A stretch of DNA of 30,160 nt from Candidatus Hecatellales archaeon (GCA_003662485.1 QMYD01000001.1:1-30160); one strand, 5' to 3'; counted from the stretch's first letter, positions 17,901-26,642 are shown. Notes: generated by a model from the letters alone, not told the origin. A program made the numbers and translations.

Positions 17901-18369
17901 CCTCACCAGCAGCCATAAGCTCCTCTCGGCTTAACCCGGAGAGGTGGCAGCGTTCAGACTTAACCATAATGGGAATATCGCCTATGTAGACATCCTTGAT
18001 GAAGAGGATTCTCCTCCCATCCTTCTCCACCCACATGTCAAGGTGAAGTGGAGCCGCATAGGTAACGTTTCGAATGCGAGCCTCCATTGGGTAAATCTCA
18101 TGCTCGGAGCCGTCTACCTCAACGATTCTCGGCTTTCCAACCCTTACCTCTCCAAACCTAACCCTATACTTGGTTTCAGCTTCAACATCTATTCCGCCAA
18201 CCTCGCTTATGATTTCCTTAAGCCCGTGGGTTATGAAGTCGTTGTATGAGTTTAAGTGCTGCCTTACTAGGCCTTCCCTTTTAAGCATGCTTTCTAGGAG
18301 AGCCCAGTTTGGAGAGCGGGGTGTCTTAGTAGCATACTCTATGCTGGAAGGCTTAACTACAGTTTCCAA
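14980..18369 (-). CDS. rpoB: RNA polymerase subunit B, unsplit (Rpo2)
   Basis: GGYFIVNGSERV, CPNETPEG-x-NCGLVKNL, GYNMEDA, GDKFASRHGQKG, GGLRFGEMERDC, C-terminal CEKC…CPIC zinc ribbon. Confidence 0.99.
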   Translation of the reverse strand: METVVKPSSIEYATKTPRSPNWALLESMLKREGLVRQHLNSYNDFITHGLKEIISEVGGIDVEAETKYRVRFGEVRVGKPRIVEVDGSEHEIYPMEARIRNVTYAAPLHLDMWVEKDGRRILFIKDVYIGDIPIMVKSERCHLSGLSREELMAAGEDPNDPGGYFIVNGSERVIVALEDLAPNRIMVDVEEVGTTATYRAKIFSTTVGFRARIEVKMRADRSIHVSIPGVMVDIPFVVLMKALGLEVDKQIAEAVSPRPEIQQMLDASFEKASGVMKTKDAILYIGNRVAFGHVEEYRVRKAENVLDRNFLPHLGRTPESRIKKAYFLAEVVCRLIELKLGWRKPDDKDHYANKRLRLAGDLLADLFRVTFRNLCRDMKYQLERTSLKRVGPAGAINAAVRPGIITERIQHALATGNWGRGKVGVTQLLDRTNHISTLSHLRRLQSPLSRSQPNFEARDLHATHWGRICPNETPEGSNCGLVKNLALSATISVGESLEKVRELLRSLGVVDVEEADPELRLKGAKVFYDGHIGYTLNPEELVRKLRQMRRRGEISNEINVALYVHKSKGMVLKEVYVNADAGRIRRPLIIVENGKPKVSEEDLERLRRGEISWYDLLARGQIELLDADEEENAYVALRPEDVTPEHTHLEIVPYGILGICASLIPYPEHNQSPRNSYEAAMAKQALGMYASNFFLRTDSRSHILHYPQRPLVKTDPMDIIGYDDRPSGQNCVVAVLSFEGYNMEDALIFNKASVERGLARSTFYRLYEAEAKQYLGGEKDRFELPEAGTIGFRGEQYYRNLEPDGIISPETEVSGLDVLVGRTSPPRFLEEYKEFEIRGPTRRDTSITMRPSERGIVDSVMITKTSQGNTLVKVKVRDIRDAELGDKFASRHGQKGVIGMLVPQEDMPFTESGIVPDIIINPHAFPSRMTIGQFLESIAGKIAAIIGRPINGTAFANEKVEDLRSLLKKLGFHHGGREVMYNGITGEKFEADIFIGIVYYQKLHHMVVDKIHARARGQVQMLTRQPTEGRARGGGLRFGEMERDCLVGHGAALLLKDRLLDESDKYVIYVCEKCGLIAWYDSRQRKYVCPICGDETVISPVTVSYAFKLLLQELMSLCIAPRLILEERT

Positions 18370-18372
18370 ACC

Positions 18373-18633
18373 TTACCTCTCCCTCACCACAAACCTGTAG
18401 TATACGGCTTCGCCGGCGGTGGGGCTCCTCCTAATAATCTTAATGATGTCGCCGGGTTTTGCCCCTAAAGCCTTAACCGCCGGGTCGGTATCTTTAATCT
18501 TGGGGAGGTGGTAGGGCTTTATCTTATACCTGCGAAGAAGCTCTTCAGCTTCCTCCCTAGATAAGATTTCATGCTTGGGTACGAGGACATGCTCGAAGAC
18601 CTTGAAGGAGGCTTCCTCCTTTTTAACGCTCAC
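18373..18633 (-). CDS. rpoH: RNA polymerase subunit H (Rpo5)
   Basis: [35 protein letters not shown]-x-x-x-YYRFV. Confidence 0.98.
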   Translation of the reverse strand: MSVKKEEASFKVFEHVLVPKHEILSREEAEELLRRYKIKPYHLPKIKDTDPAVKALGAKPGDIIKIIRRSPTAGEAVYYRFVVRER

Positions 18634-18667
18634 TTGGGCTAGTACCTCCCCTAGCCTGGGCTACCCG

Positions 18668-18682
18668 GCTTAAAAATATTGT
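18668..18682 (-). promoter_or_regulatory. TATA-like element of the rpo operon
   Basis: Minus-strand CAATATTTTTAAG about 35-45 nt upstream of the rpoH start. Confidence 0.45.
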
Positions 18683-18844
18683 CATCGCCCTAAGCAACGC
18701 ACCACACTATGCACCAAATAGAGCTTGAAGACCATTTAATAAACTTTTAGGCTTAACTCCCCAAGGAGACTTGGGAGAAAGGAGCATTCTGAAGCCTTAA
18801 GTTTTCCATGTTCAGCTAAAAATTTTTTGGAGGAGGCTTGGGCT

Positions 18845-19492
18845 GTGCTAAGGGTTAAAGCTGTAGGCTTCGATCTTGATGGAACCCTCCTAGACAACCT
18901 ACGCCAGCTCTTAGAGGCTTGGAAGCTAGCCCTAGAAAGCTTCGGCATAAAGGTTGAATCCGACCTTGAAATCCTAAAGCATTTTGGGAGGAAGACGACG
19001 GATATCGCTTTAGAGTTTACGGGAAGCCTTGATGAGGCTTTAAAGCTGGTGGAGGCGAAGGACAGGTTTTACGATGAGCTTTGGCCTAAATATTCGAAGC
19101 TTAAGCCTGGAGTCCTAGAAGTTTTAGCCAGGCTGAAGGGGAGGGGATACCTCTGCGGGGTTGCCTCCTCAAACAGGAGGGAGAGGCTTAACAGAATTCT
19201 AAGCCACTTCAGGATTTCAAGCTATGTAGACGCCGTGGTAGGCTATGACGAGGTGGAAAGAGGTAAACCCCACCCAGACATGCTATTCAAGCTTAGCGAA
19301 AAACTTGGAGTAGAAGCCTCGGAAATCGCCTATGTGGGTGACACCTTCTACGATGTGGAGATGGCGAGGAGGGCGGGAGCCATCTCCATCCTCATACCTT
19401 CAGGCCTCCCCCAGCAAGGACTGAAGGCCAAACCCCACTACACCCTGAAAAACCTGGGGGAGCTGCTAGAGCTCCTTGAGCATGGCAACTAG
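18845..19492 (+). CDS. HAD-superfamily hydrolase (phosphoglycolate-phosphatase-like)
   Basis: FDLDGTL motif I, VASSN motif II, GKPHPD, YVGDTFYDVEMA motif IV. Probable GTG start 18845 after GGAGGAGG. Confidence 0.92.
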   Translation: MLRVKAVGFDLDGTLLDNLRQLLEAWKLALESFGIKVESDLEILKHFGRKTTDIALEFTGSLDEALKLVEAKDRFYDELWPKYSKLKPGVLEVLARLKGRGYLCGVASSNRRERLNRILSHFRISSYVDAVVGYDEVERGKPHPDMLFKLSEKLGVEASEIAYVGDTFYDVEMARRAGAISILIPSGLPQQGLKAKPHYTLKNLGELLELLEHGN

Positions 19493-20353
19493 GCTGCCCT
19501 TTTCAACACCCAGGCTTCTAGCCACAGGCCCACACTTCGCCTTAAGCAGGAAGAAAACCTTTAAGCCCAGATTTGCACCCTCAAGCTCTGTTAAGGCTTC
19601 ATAGTTTCCCATACCCTTGGCTATGATCAGCCTCGCCTGCTTCATGTCGCTTTTAACGTTTTCAGGTGCTTCATCCCAGATAAGCCCCACCGTATCCCCT
19701 ATTGTTTCAATCCTGCTGGCAGCCTGAGCCATACCTGAGGCCTCAGCATCCTCAAGGGTTGCATCGTTAAGTACTGGGCTACCCTTCACGACTAGAGTTA
19801 CCTCAGCCCCAAAATCTCTCCTTAACGTTTCCACCAAAACCCGGTCTAAAACGATTTCTCCAGCGTTGTCGGCCAGGTAGAGAAGTGGGCCTCCCCCCTT
19901 AACCAGCCTGTAAGCCTCCTCAACCATGTCTAGGCTGAAGGCTGCATCTTCAAGGGAAAGCTTGAAACCTTCGAGGTTGAAGTCGTAATCCTTCACGTCG
20001 AATTCTAGGGCGTTTGCTAAAGCTGCCACAAGGCAGGCTCTCCTAAACCTTCCCCGAGCATCCTCCGCCTTTGAGACGTAAGCTTCAGCCTCGGGTAGAA
20101 GGCTTAAAGCAAGCCTATTGGACTCCTTCTTCATCCCAGCGTAGGGATCCCTGCCATTAAAGAAGCTCCTTATAATCCTGTCCCTCAGGGTTCCAAGCTT
20201 GGCTGGATAGGCTTCAGGCCTGAAGTTTTCAGCCAGCATTTCTAGAACCCTTCGTAGAGCTTCAATCCTAAGGCTTTCATCCTCTGTGAGGTAGGAGGCC
20301 TCCTTATAGCCTCGCTCGAGAAGGCATGGTAAGCATTCAGCCTCAACCTTCAA
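19466..20353 (-). CDS. DUF89/ARMT1-like damage-control phosphatase
   Basis: ECLPCLL, DPY-x-x-x-K-x-x-SN, ANALEF, DNAGEIVLD, P-x-LNDAT, IAKGMGNYE; TTG start 20353. Confidence 0.9.
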   Translation of the reverse strand: MKVEAECLPCLLERGYKEASYLTEDESLRIEALRRVLEMLAENFRPEAYPAKLGTLRDRIIRSFFNGRDPYAGMKKESNRLALSLLPEAEAYVSKAEDARGRFRRACLVAALANALEFDVKDYDFNLEGFKLSLEDAAFSLDMVEEAYRLVKGGGPLLYLADNAGEIVLDRVLVETLRRDFGAEVTLVVKGSPVLNDATLEDAEASGMAQAASRIETIGDTVGLIWDEAPENVKSDMKQARLIIAKGMGNYEALTELEGANLGLKVFFLLKAKCGPVARSLGVEKGSLVAMLKEL

Positions 20354-20483
20354 TTCTTCTCCCCTCAGAGAAGGCTTAACCATTTCAAGCTTTAAGGCTT
20401 CAAAGTATATTACGTGGCCTTCCTGTAAGATTTTATTCTAAAGCTGGTATGATTTAACTGGTCGGAGGGGAGGTAGATAGGCG

Positions 20484-21248
20484 GTGAAGATTCTTGTTTG
20501 CGGTAAGGGTGGAAGCGGTAAAAGCGTTGTAACCACGCTTCTCGCGGGGGAGCTAGCCTCTAGGGGCTTTAAGGTCCTAGTAGTCGACATGGATGAGTCG
20601 AACTTCGGCCTGCACAGGCAGCTAGGCCTAGAACTCCCTAAAAGCCTAACAGAATATCTTGGAGGCAGAAGGGAGCTTTCCCAGAAGATCTTCAAGGCTT
20701 CAGGGGAGGAGGAAGTTCTATCCCAGGTTTTCAGGGGCGGGTGGAAGGTGGAAAGCCTTCCAGCCGAATGCTTATCCCATAGGGGGAACATCACCCTCCT
20801 CGCTGTGGGTAAAATCCGAAGGTTTGAGGAGGGCTGCGCCTGCCCTATGGGAGCCCTGGCGAGAAGCCTCCTCGAAAGGCTTGAACTTGGCGAGAGGGAA
20901 GTCATCCTCGTGGACTCAGATGCCGGAATTGAACACTTCGGCAGGGGTGTAGAAGGCGCATGTAGCCTCATCTTGGTAGTTGTGGATCCAACCTACGAGT
21001 CGCTTAGGCTTTCAACAAGCATTCTAAAGATGGCGGGGGAGGCTGGGAAGCCCGCATACCTAATCCTGAACAGGGTTAACAGCAGAATCATGGACACGCT
21101 GATGAAAGGTCTTGATAAAAGCAGAATTTTAGGAGTTGTTCCCGAGAGGGAGGAAATCTTCCAAGCCTGCTTGGAGGGCTCGGAAATCAGGCTCAACCTA
21201 AAAGAGGTAAGCGAGCTCGTAGACAGGCTGCTCAGCCTTAAACCCTAA
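20484..21248 (+). CDS. cooC: CooC/AcsF-family nickel-insertion ATPase
   Basis: GKGGSGKS deviant Walker A, VDMDESN, GCACP Ni-binding CxC, DSDAGIEHFGRG, V-x-DPT-x-x-S. Confidence 0.88.
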   Translation: MKILVCGKGGSGKSVVTTLLAGELASRGFKVLVVDMDESNFGLHRQLGLELPKSLTEYLGGRRELSQKIFKASGEEEVLSQVFRGGWKVESLPAECLSHRGNITLLAVGKIRRFEEGCACPMGALARSLLERLELGEREVILVDSDAGIEHFGRGVEGACSLILVVVDPTYESLRLSTSILKMAGEAGKPAYLILNRVNSRIMDTLMKGLDKSRILGVVPEREEIFQACLEGSEIRLNLKEVSELVDRLLSLKP

Positions 21249-21295
21249 CAAACCTTTAAATCAGCCTCAAACCTTACTAGCAATAACCAGCTTTA

Positions 21296-21383
21296 GCCGG
21301 GGTACCCTAGCCAGGTAAGGGGCAGGCCTGGAGAGCCTGTGGCCCGCTGGGCCTCGTGGGTTCAAATCCCACCCCCGGCGCCA
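21296..21383 (+). tRNA. tRNA-Ser (GGA), intronless, CCA encoded
   Basis: Acceptor GCCGGGG/CCCCGGC + G CCA. Anticodon arm CAGGC-CTGGAGA-GCCTG, long variable arm, T arm GTGGG-TTCAAAT-CCCAC. Confidence 0.97.
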
Positions 21384-21553
21384 AGTGCATAACCCCAGAG
21401 ACCTTGAAGACCTTGTAAACTTTGGTTTTGTGAAGCAGAAACACTTTTAAACTCAAGAAACCGGGGGTTATCATACATCCATACCTAATTTCTGAGGAAA
21501 TTCTAAGCGAAAACTTTTGTGTTTTGGTAGGGCTTAATTTTACGGGTGGTTTA

Positions 21554-22069
21554 GTGTTGGAGGCTGGGAGGAAAATTAGCCAGCTTATTTTCCCTAGGGT
21601 TGTAGCTCTGATAACCACGTGTAGTAGGGAGGGGAGAGCGAATGTTGCCTCCTTCTCCTTCCTCATGCCTGTGAGCTTCAACCCTAAATATGTGGCCTTC
21701 GCCATCGACCCCTCAAGATACAGTTACTCAAACCTGAAAGAGAACGGTGAATTCGTTGTAAACATTCCAATGGAGGATATGCTGGAGAAGGTTTGGATTT
21801 GCGGAAGCCGCTCTGGGAGGGATACCGACAAGTTTAGCCTGGCAGGCCTAACCACGCTTCAAAGTGTAAGGGTTAAACCTCCAAGGATAGCTGGATGCCC
21901 AGTTCAGCTTGAATGTGTGGTTGAACTGGATCGGAAGTTTGGAGACCACCACCTCATCGTTGGAAGAGTGGTGGAAGAACATGTGGAAACCGGTGACTTC
22001 ACTCCGCTAACCCACCATTCAGGCTCTGTTTTCCGCAAGGTTGGAGAAGCCCTCAAGGTGGAAGCCTAA
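21554..22069 (+). CDS. Flavin reductase-like (flavoredoxin/DIM6-NTAB type) protein
   Basis: FPRVVALIT, ANVASFS, NLKENGEFVVNIP, SGRDTDKF, PPRIAGCPVQLEC, GDHHLIVGRVV. Start GTG 21554 or TTG 21557. Confidence 0.88.
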   Translation: MLEAGRKISQLIFPRVVALITTCSREGRANVASFSFLMPVSFNPKYVAFAIDPSRYSYSNLKENGEFVVNIPMEDMLEKVWICGSRSGRDTDKFSLAGLTTLQSVRVKPPRIAGCPVQLECVVELDRKFGDHHLIVGRVVEEHVETGDFTPLTHHSGSVFRKVGEALKVEA

Positions 22070-22142
22070 GAGGGGGAAACCTTTTTCTATCTCCTGAAAA
22101 AATAACCTTTAATCTTTCCTGCAGGCGTTTAGGGGTGGAAGA

Positions 22143-22421
22143 TTGGCTACGGAGGAAGACATTAAAGCTTATGAGCTGATTGTCAGGAACACCCCGCTGA
22201 AAATCATCACGGACAAGCTTAAGGAGGGGGAGAAAACCCTAAGCGACTTGGAGGCAGCTCTAAACGAGGTTTCAAAGGACCTAGACCCGCTAGTCATAAG
22301 ACTCTACATGGACCAGCTTGAAGCACAGGGCTTCGTGGAGAAGAAGGAGGGTGAAAACCCCTCCTACACGCTGACGGAGAAATGGAAAAAGGTGGAGGCT
22401 GAAAGGGGGGCTAAAGCCTAA
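22143..22421 (+). CDS. Small winged-helix (ArsR-like) DNA-binding protein
   Basis: LKEGEKTLSDL…LYMDQLEAQGFVEK…SYTLTEK fits the wHTH pattern. Confidence 0.7.
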   Translation: MATEEDIKAYELIVRNTPLKIITDKLKEGEKTLSDLEAALNEVSKDLDPLVIRLYMDQLEAQGFVEKKEGENPSYTLTEKWKKVEAERGAKA

Positions 22422-22429
22422 CAGGCTTT

Positions 22430-23134
<705 letters not shown>

Positions 23135-24235
23135 TCACTGAGCCTTCTTAAACCTGTCCTTAAGCTTCTCCAACACCTTGGGAAGCGTGGTATACTCCAT
23201 TTCGTCTGGGCCCAGCCTATGGGGCATGAAGGGCCCATGCCTCCTCAGGGTTTCAGCCAGCTCGTTGGCTCTCTGCCTCGCCAGGTCGAAGGCTGGGTCG
23301 TCGAAGAGGTCGGCTGGCCCCTCCAAGACGCCGTCGTGAATTTGGAATCCGAGGGCTATCACCCTTGGCGGGCCGTCAAACCTCGTGCACTGGGCGTATT
23401 TTAACGGCACGGGCATGAGGGGTCCATGGTGGCTCCCCCTCATCCATCCAGCTACGAGGTGGGGGAAGGCGAAGGGCTCTAAGACTTCTCCCACGGCTGG
23501 AAGCCCATGCTGAGCCCTAACAATGCATACGGGGTCATCCTTACCCACGTAGCGGCCTGCTATTAGCGAAAGCCTGCTGGTGCTGGCAGCTGCGGCTGGA
23601 AGCCCATCCTTCCTGTAAATCTTGCTTATCACGTAGCGGGCTGGGGTTCCTATGAGGGCGAGGAGGTCGTAGGCTTCCTCAGGGCAGCTAAGCTCAACCT
23701 CCAAGCCTTCGAAGACGTCTAAGACCACGAACTTGAAGCCGGAGTGGAGGGAGGGGTCTATGACTAGGCCTGCCGTGTTGAAGGGGTCGGCGAAAATCTT
23801 GTAGAGCGGGTAGTTCCAGGCTCCAGGCTCCGTTTTGTCGGCTGCAAAGACGACAATGGGGTCTGAGGCTCTCTCCTCGAATTCGAGTTCAGCTACACCT
23901 GGCCCCATACCCCTAATATTGCCTGAGAAGGCTTCAGCGAGCAGGTCTTGGCCTGCAGCGTAAAGTCTTAGAGGCTTTGAAACCTTCTCCGTAACCTCCT
24001 TGAAAACGTTCCAGGCTAACCCGTGGATTTCAGGGCTGTTCTCACCCCTCCTATGCGTCATAAGCAGTTGAAGGTCGTCTCCACAATTGAAAACCCTGAA
24101 GTCGGTTAGGAGGCCTCCATCCCTAGCCTCCCCCAAAAGCTTTTCAGCAAGCTCAATTTGCTTGGGGTGCACCCGGTGGTGGCCTGCAAGGCTTCCAATA
24201 TCCGCCTTAATCAGGCTAACAGTAATCTTCGCCAT
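23135..24235 (-). CDS. fbp: Bifunctional fructose-1,6-bisphosphate aldolase/phosphatase (class V FBPase)
   Basis: KADIGS-x-x-GH, GDDLQL, YAAGQDLL, GMGPGVAE, ADKTEPGAWN, NTAGLVID, YVGKDDP, MRGSHHGPLMP, RFDGPPRV. Confidence 0.97.
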   Translation of the reverse strand: MAKITVSLIKADIGSLAGHHRVHPKQIELAEKLLGEARDGGLLTDFRVFNCGDDLQLLMTHRRGENSPEIHGLAWNVFKEVTEKVSKPLRLYAAGQDLLAEAFSGNIRGMGPGVAELEFEERASDPIVVFAADKTEPGAWNYPLYKIFADPFNTAGLVIDPSLHSGFKFVVLDVFEGLEVELSCPEEAYDLLALIGTPARYVISKIYRKDGLPAAAASTSRLSLIAGRYVGKDDPVCIVRAQHGLPAVGEVLEPFAFPHLVAGWMRGSHHGPLMPVPLKYAQCTRFDGPPRVIALGFQIHDGVLEGPADLFDDPAFDLARQRANELAETLRRHGPFMPHRLGPDEMEYTTLPKVLEKLKDRFKKAQ

Positions 24236-24317
24236 AAAACATGCACCTACCCTTTAAGGCTCCCTGAAACCAATTAGCCAGCAACTTTAATTAAGCTTTA
24301 CCCAGAAAGCAAACTTA

Positions 24318-24395
24318 GGGCCCATGGCGCAGCCTGGAAAGCGCAACGGCCTCCGGAGCCGTAGGCCGTGGGTTCAAATCCCACTGGGCCCGCCA
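24318..24395 (+). tRNA. tRNA-Arg (CCG), intronless, CCA encoded
   Basis: Acceptor GGGCCCA/TGGGCCC + G CCA. D stem GCGC/GCGC, anticodon arm ACGGC-CTCCGGA-GCCGT, T arm GTGGG-TTCAAAT-CCCAC. Confidence 0.97.
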
Positions 24396-25204
24396 ACCCT
24401 AGGAAAGGGGAAAACATTCTGGGAACATTTCTCTTTGAGGATTGCTGTTGTGCTGGGTGGGCAAACTATTCCGCCAACTGGTGGAGATGGCGGGTTTGAT
24501 GGGTCTATGGGCCCAGCATCTATAATCTTAACGTAGAGGTATTCACCGCTTCCGCTGGCAATCTTCATTTCAACCTCAACTATGTCTACTGCTTTAGCTG
24601 TTTCACCTCCCGGATCGTTAATGACCGTGACATATTCGTTGCTTTCGTTGAAGGTTCCATAGCCGCTGTTTGGAGCGTAGTCAGGCGGAATGTAGAGTAT
24701 GGGTATAACGGTCATTAGATAAAACTCCTCAGCCCATGCGGACTTGCAAACCACATTCCATGGTGGTTGATAATCAGGGGAGGGAGTATAGGGGAACCTT
24801 ACTTCAACGTAATCTTCACCAACCCCGCCACCAACATACTCCCCATCTTCAAGGTCTTTCCAATTTTCCCCGTTCCAGTAGTAGGCTTTGGCGGTAGGGG
24901 TTTCCCCCTTTCTAAGGGTGATGGTGAGCTTAACGTCAGCCCCCAAATCCCTCCAACCAGAGTATTTTTCAGCCATGTTGCAGCCTGTATCAGATTTTTG
25001 GTCCATGTCAAGGTATAAATGGAACTCTATGCGGTAGCTTACCTTAGGCGTGGTGAGAGGCGGAGGCCTTATGGGCGTGGTAATAGGGCCCTGAAGAGGT
25101 TGTTTGGGTGCTTCTGGCCAAGCAATTGTAGGAGTAAAAAACACTTGCGCCACAAGCAAGCCTGCCAGCACGATTAGCGCAAGAATTTTCAGGTTTCCCC
25201 TCAT
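24374..25204 (-). CDS. Secreted beta-sandwich-like hypothetical protein, C-terminal anchor apparently lost; stop lies inside antisense tRNA-Arg
   Basis: Signal peptide, Pro/Thr linker, YLDMDQKSDTG, LGADVKL, YYWNGENW, VEVRFP, NDPGG…DI…YLYVKI, Pro-rich linker + PVGG. Own TATA-like AAAACCTTAAATA upstream. Confidence 0.72.
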   Translation of the reverse strand: MRGNLKILALIVLAGLLVAQVFFTPTIAWPEAPKQPLQGPITTPIRPPPLTTPKVSYRIEFHLYLDMDQKSDTGCNMAEKYSGWRDLGADVKLTITLRKGETPTAKAYYWNGENWKDLEDGEYVGGGVGEDYVEVRFPYTPSPDYQPPWNVVCKSAWAEEFYLMTVIPILYIPPDYAPNSGYGTFNESNEYVTVINDPGGETAKAVDIVEVEMKIASGSGEYLYVKIIDAGPIDPSNPPSPPVGGIVCPPSTTAILKEKCSQNVFPFPRVGGPSGI

Positions 25205-25254
25205 AGACTAAAGAACTAGGAGGAAATCCACTATTATTTAAGGTTTTATGTTTT

Positions 25255-25929
25255 TTAGGTGGCACCCCTCATTTCCGCATTGAACCTTTTCAGGAATTCC
25301 ACCATGTACTGGTGTCTTTGCTCTGCGATTTTTCTACCAGTCTCTGTTTGCATGAGGTCTTTCAGCCATAGGAGTTTGGAGTAGAAGTGGTGGATGGGGG
25401 TGGGGTCTGGACCTTTAAGGCTTGGAGGCAGCTTAACAGGCCTTTCAGGATTCCACCTAACCCTCCCAAGCCTCCTCACGCCGTAGTAGGCGGAGGTGGC
25501 GAAGACTCGGGCTATACCCCTAGCCCCCATTGCATCTAGGAAATCTGCATCCCTAACCACCTTAGCCTCCAAGGTTTTCGGATGGACACCCCTAAGGTGC
25601 ATGGAGTAGGAGGCTGGAAGAATAGCTTCCACCACCCTGCCAACCTCACCCCTTGGGAAGCCTATTTTGGCTAGGAAGGCTTCAGCCTCCCTCGCCGAAT
25701 CCTCCGTTGAATAATCGAATTTCCCCCTCACATTTTCTGGGGGAAGATCATGAAGGTAGGCTGCTGCTACAGCTATCCTTAGGTTTGCACCCTCAGCCCT
25801 CCCAATCTTTAAGGTAAGCCTAACCACGCATTCCACGTGGTCGAAGCCATGGGCTGGGTCTAGAGGCTTCATCCTTAACCTGACAAACCTTCTAATAGCC
25901 TTCTCCTCTTCGGGTTTAAGCCTCTCCAA
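25255..25929 (-). CDS. HD-domain phosphohydrolase (YedJ/COG1418-like)
   Basis: AHGFDHV, AAYLHD, DADFLDAMGARGIAR, HFYSKLL-x-LKDLMQTETG. Confidence 0.9.
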   Translation of the reverse strand: MERLKPEEEKAIRRFVRLRMKPLDPAHGFDHVECVVRLTLKIGRAEGANLRIAVAAAYLHDLPPENVRGKFDYSTEDSAREAEAFLAKIGFPRGEVGRVVEAILPASYSMHLRGVHPKTLEAKVVRDADFLDAMGARGIARVFATSAYYGVRRLGRVRWNPERPVKLPPSLKGPDPTPIHHFYSKLLWLKDLMQTETGRKIAEQRHQYMVEFLKRFNAEMRGAT

Positions 25930-26006
25930 GCCCTTCCACTTCCACTCTAAACCTTATATGCCTCCTTATCCTTGTTTTGGTTTAGCTAGGTTGGGCTGGT
26001 GTAGGC

Positions 26007-26642
26007 TTGTCGAAGCGTGGAAGGGTTAGGGATAAATGGAAGCTTAAAACCTGGTATTCGGTTTATTCACCTCCCTACTTTGGAAGCCAGGAGATAGCCT
26101 TAGTTCCCTCCGATGACCCTTCAAAGCTTCTGGGGAGGGTGGTAGAGGTAACCCTATACGACCTCACCAAGCAGGACATCCAGCACATGAACATCAAGCT
26201 TTACTTTAAAATTGTGAAGGTTGATGGGCTTAAGGCTGAAACCATCCTTAAAGGCCACGAGTATGCGAGAGAATACTTGCGAAGCCTTGTTAGAAGGTGG
26301 AGTAGCAGGGTGGATGCCTCCATAAACCTCACCACTAAGGACGGCTTCAAGCTTAGGGTTTTCCCTGTAGCCTTCACGAGGAAGCGTATTAAGCCCTCCC
26401 AAGAGTCAGCCATCAGAAAACTCATGGAGGAGGTAGTTTTAGAGCGGGGTAAGCAGTTAACCTACGACCAGCTTGCCCAAGAATGCGTATTAGGGAAGCT
26501 TGCTTCCGACATATTTCACAGGATAACGAAGATATGCCCGCTCAGGCATGTGGGGATAAGGAAAACCAAGCTCCTAGCCGTTCCGGAGCAGCCTGTTCAG
26601 CCTCCTCCCTCGGAGAAGGTTGAAGCCCCCAGCCCGGCTTAA
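26007..26642 (+). CDS. rps3ae: 30S ribosomal protein eS1 (S3Ae)
   Basis: RVRDKWKLKTWY, LLGRVVEVTLYDLT, GHEYAREYLRSLVRR, ICPLRHVGIRK-x-K. Confidence 0.97.
   Translation: MSKRGRVRDKWKLKTWYSVYSPPYFGSQEIALVPSDDPSKLLGRVVEVTLYDLTKQDIQHMNIKLYFKIVKVDGLKAETILKGHEYAREYLRSLVRRWSSRVDASINLTTKDGFKLRVFPVAFTRKRIKPSQESAIRKLMEEVVLERGKQLTYDQLAQECVLGKLASDIFHRITKICPLRHVGIRKTKLLAVPEQPVQPPPSEKVEAPSPA

Noticed and set aside
11132-18369. Inteins or introns in rpoA/rpoB or the tRNAs
   Set aside because: Protein lengths and motif spacing are canonical, and both tRNAs fold without insertions.
18637-18656. GGCTAG/CTAGCC stem with the GGAGG SD in its loop upstream of rpoH
   Set aside because: A 6-bp stem is expected by chance, and it leaves the SD exposed.
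21307-21705. 132-aa minus-strand ORF
   Set aside because: Overlaps tRNA-Ser and the flavin reductase; its C-terminus (GVGFEPTRP) is the antisense translation of the tRNA.
24324-24536. 70-aa plus-strand ORF
   Set aside because: Begins inside tRNA-Arg; a translation artefact.
25223-25233. AAATCCACT resembling the tRNA-Arg T-arm (possible att repeat)
   Set aside because: Only ~9 nt with an indel, and there is no integrase in the window; too weak to call an integrated element.
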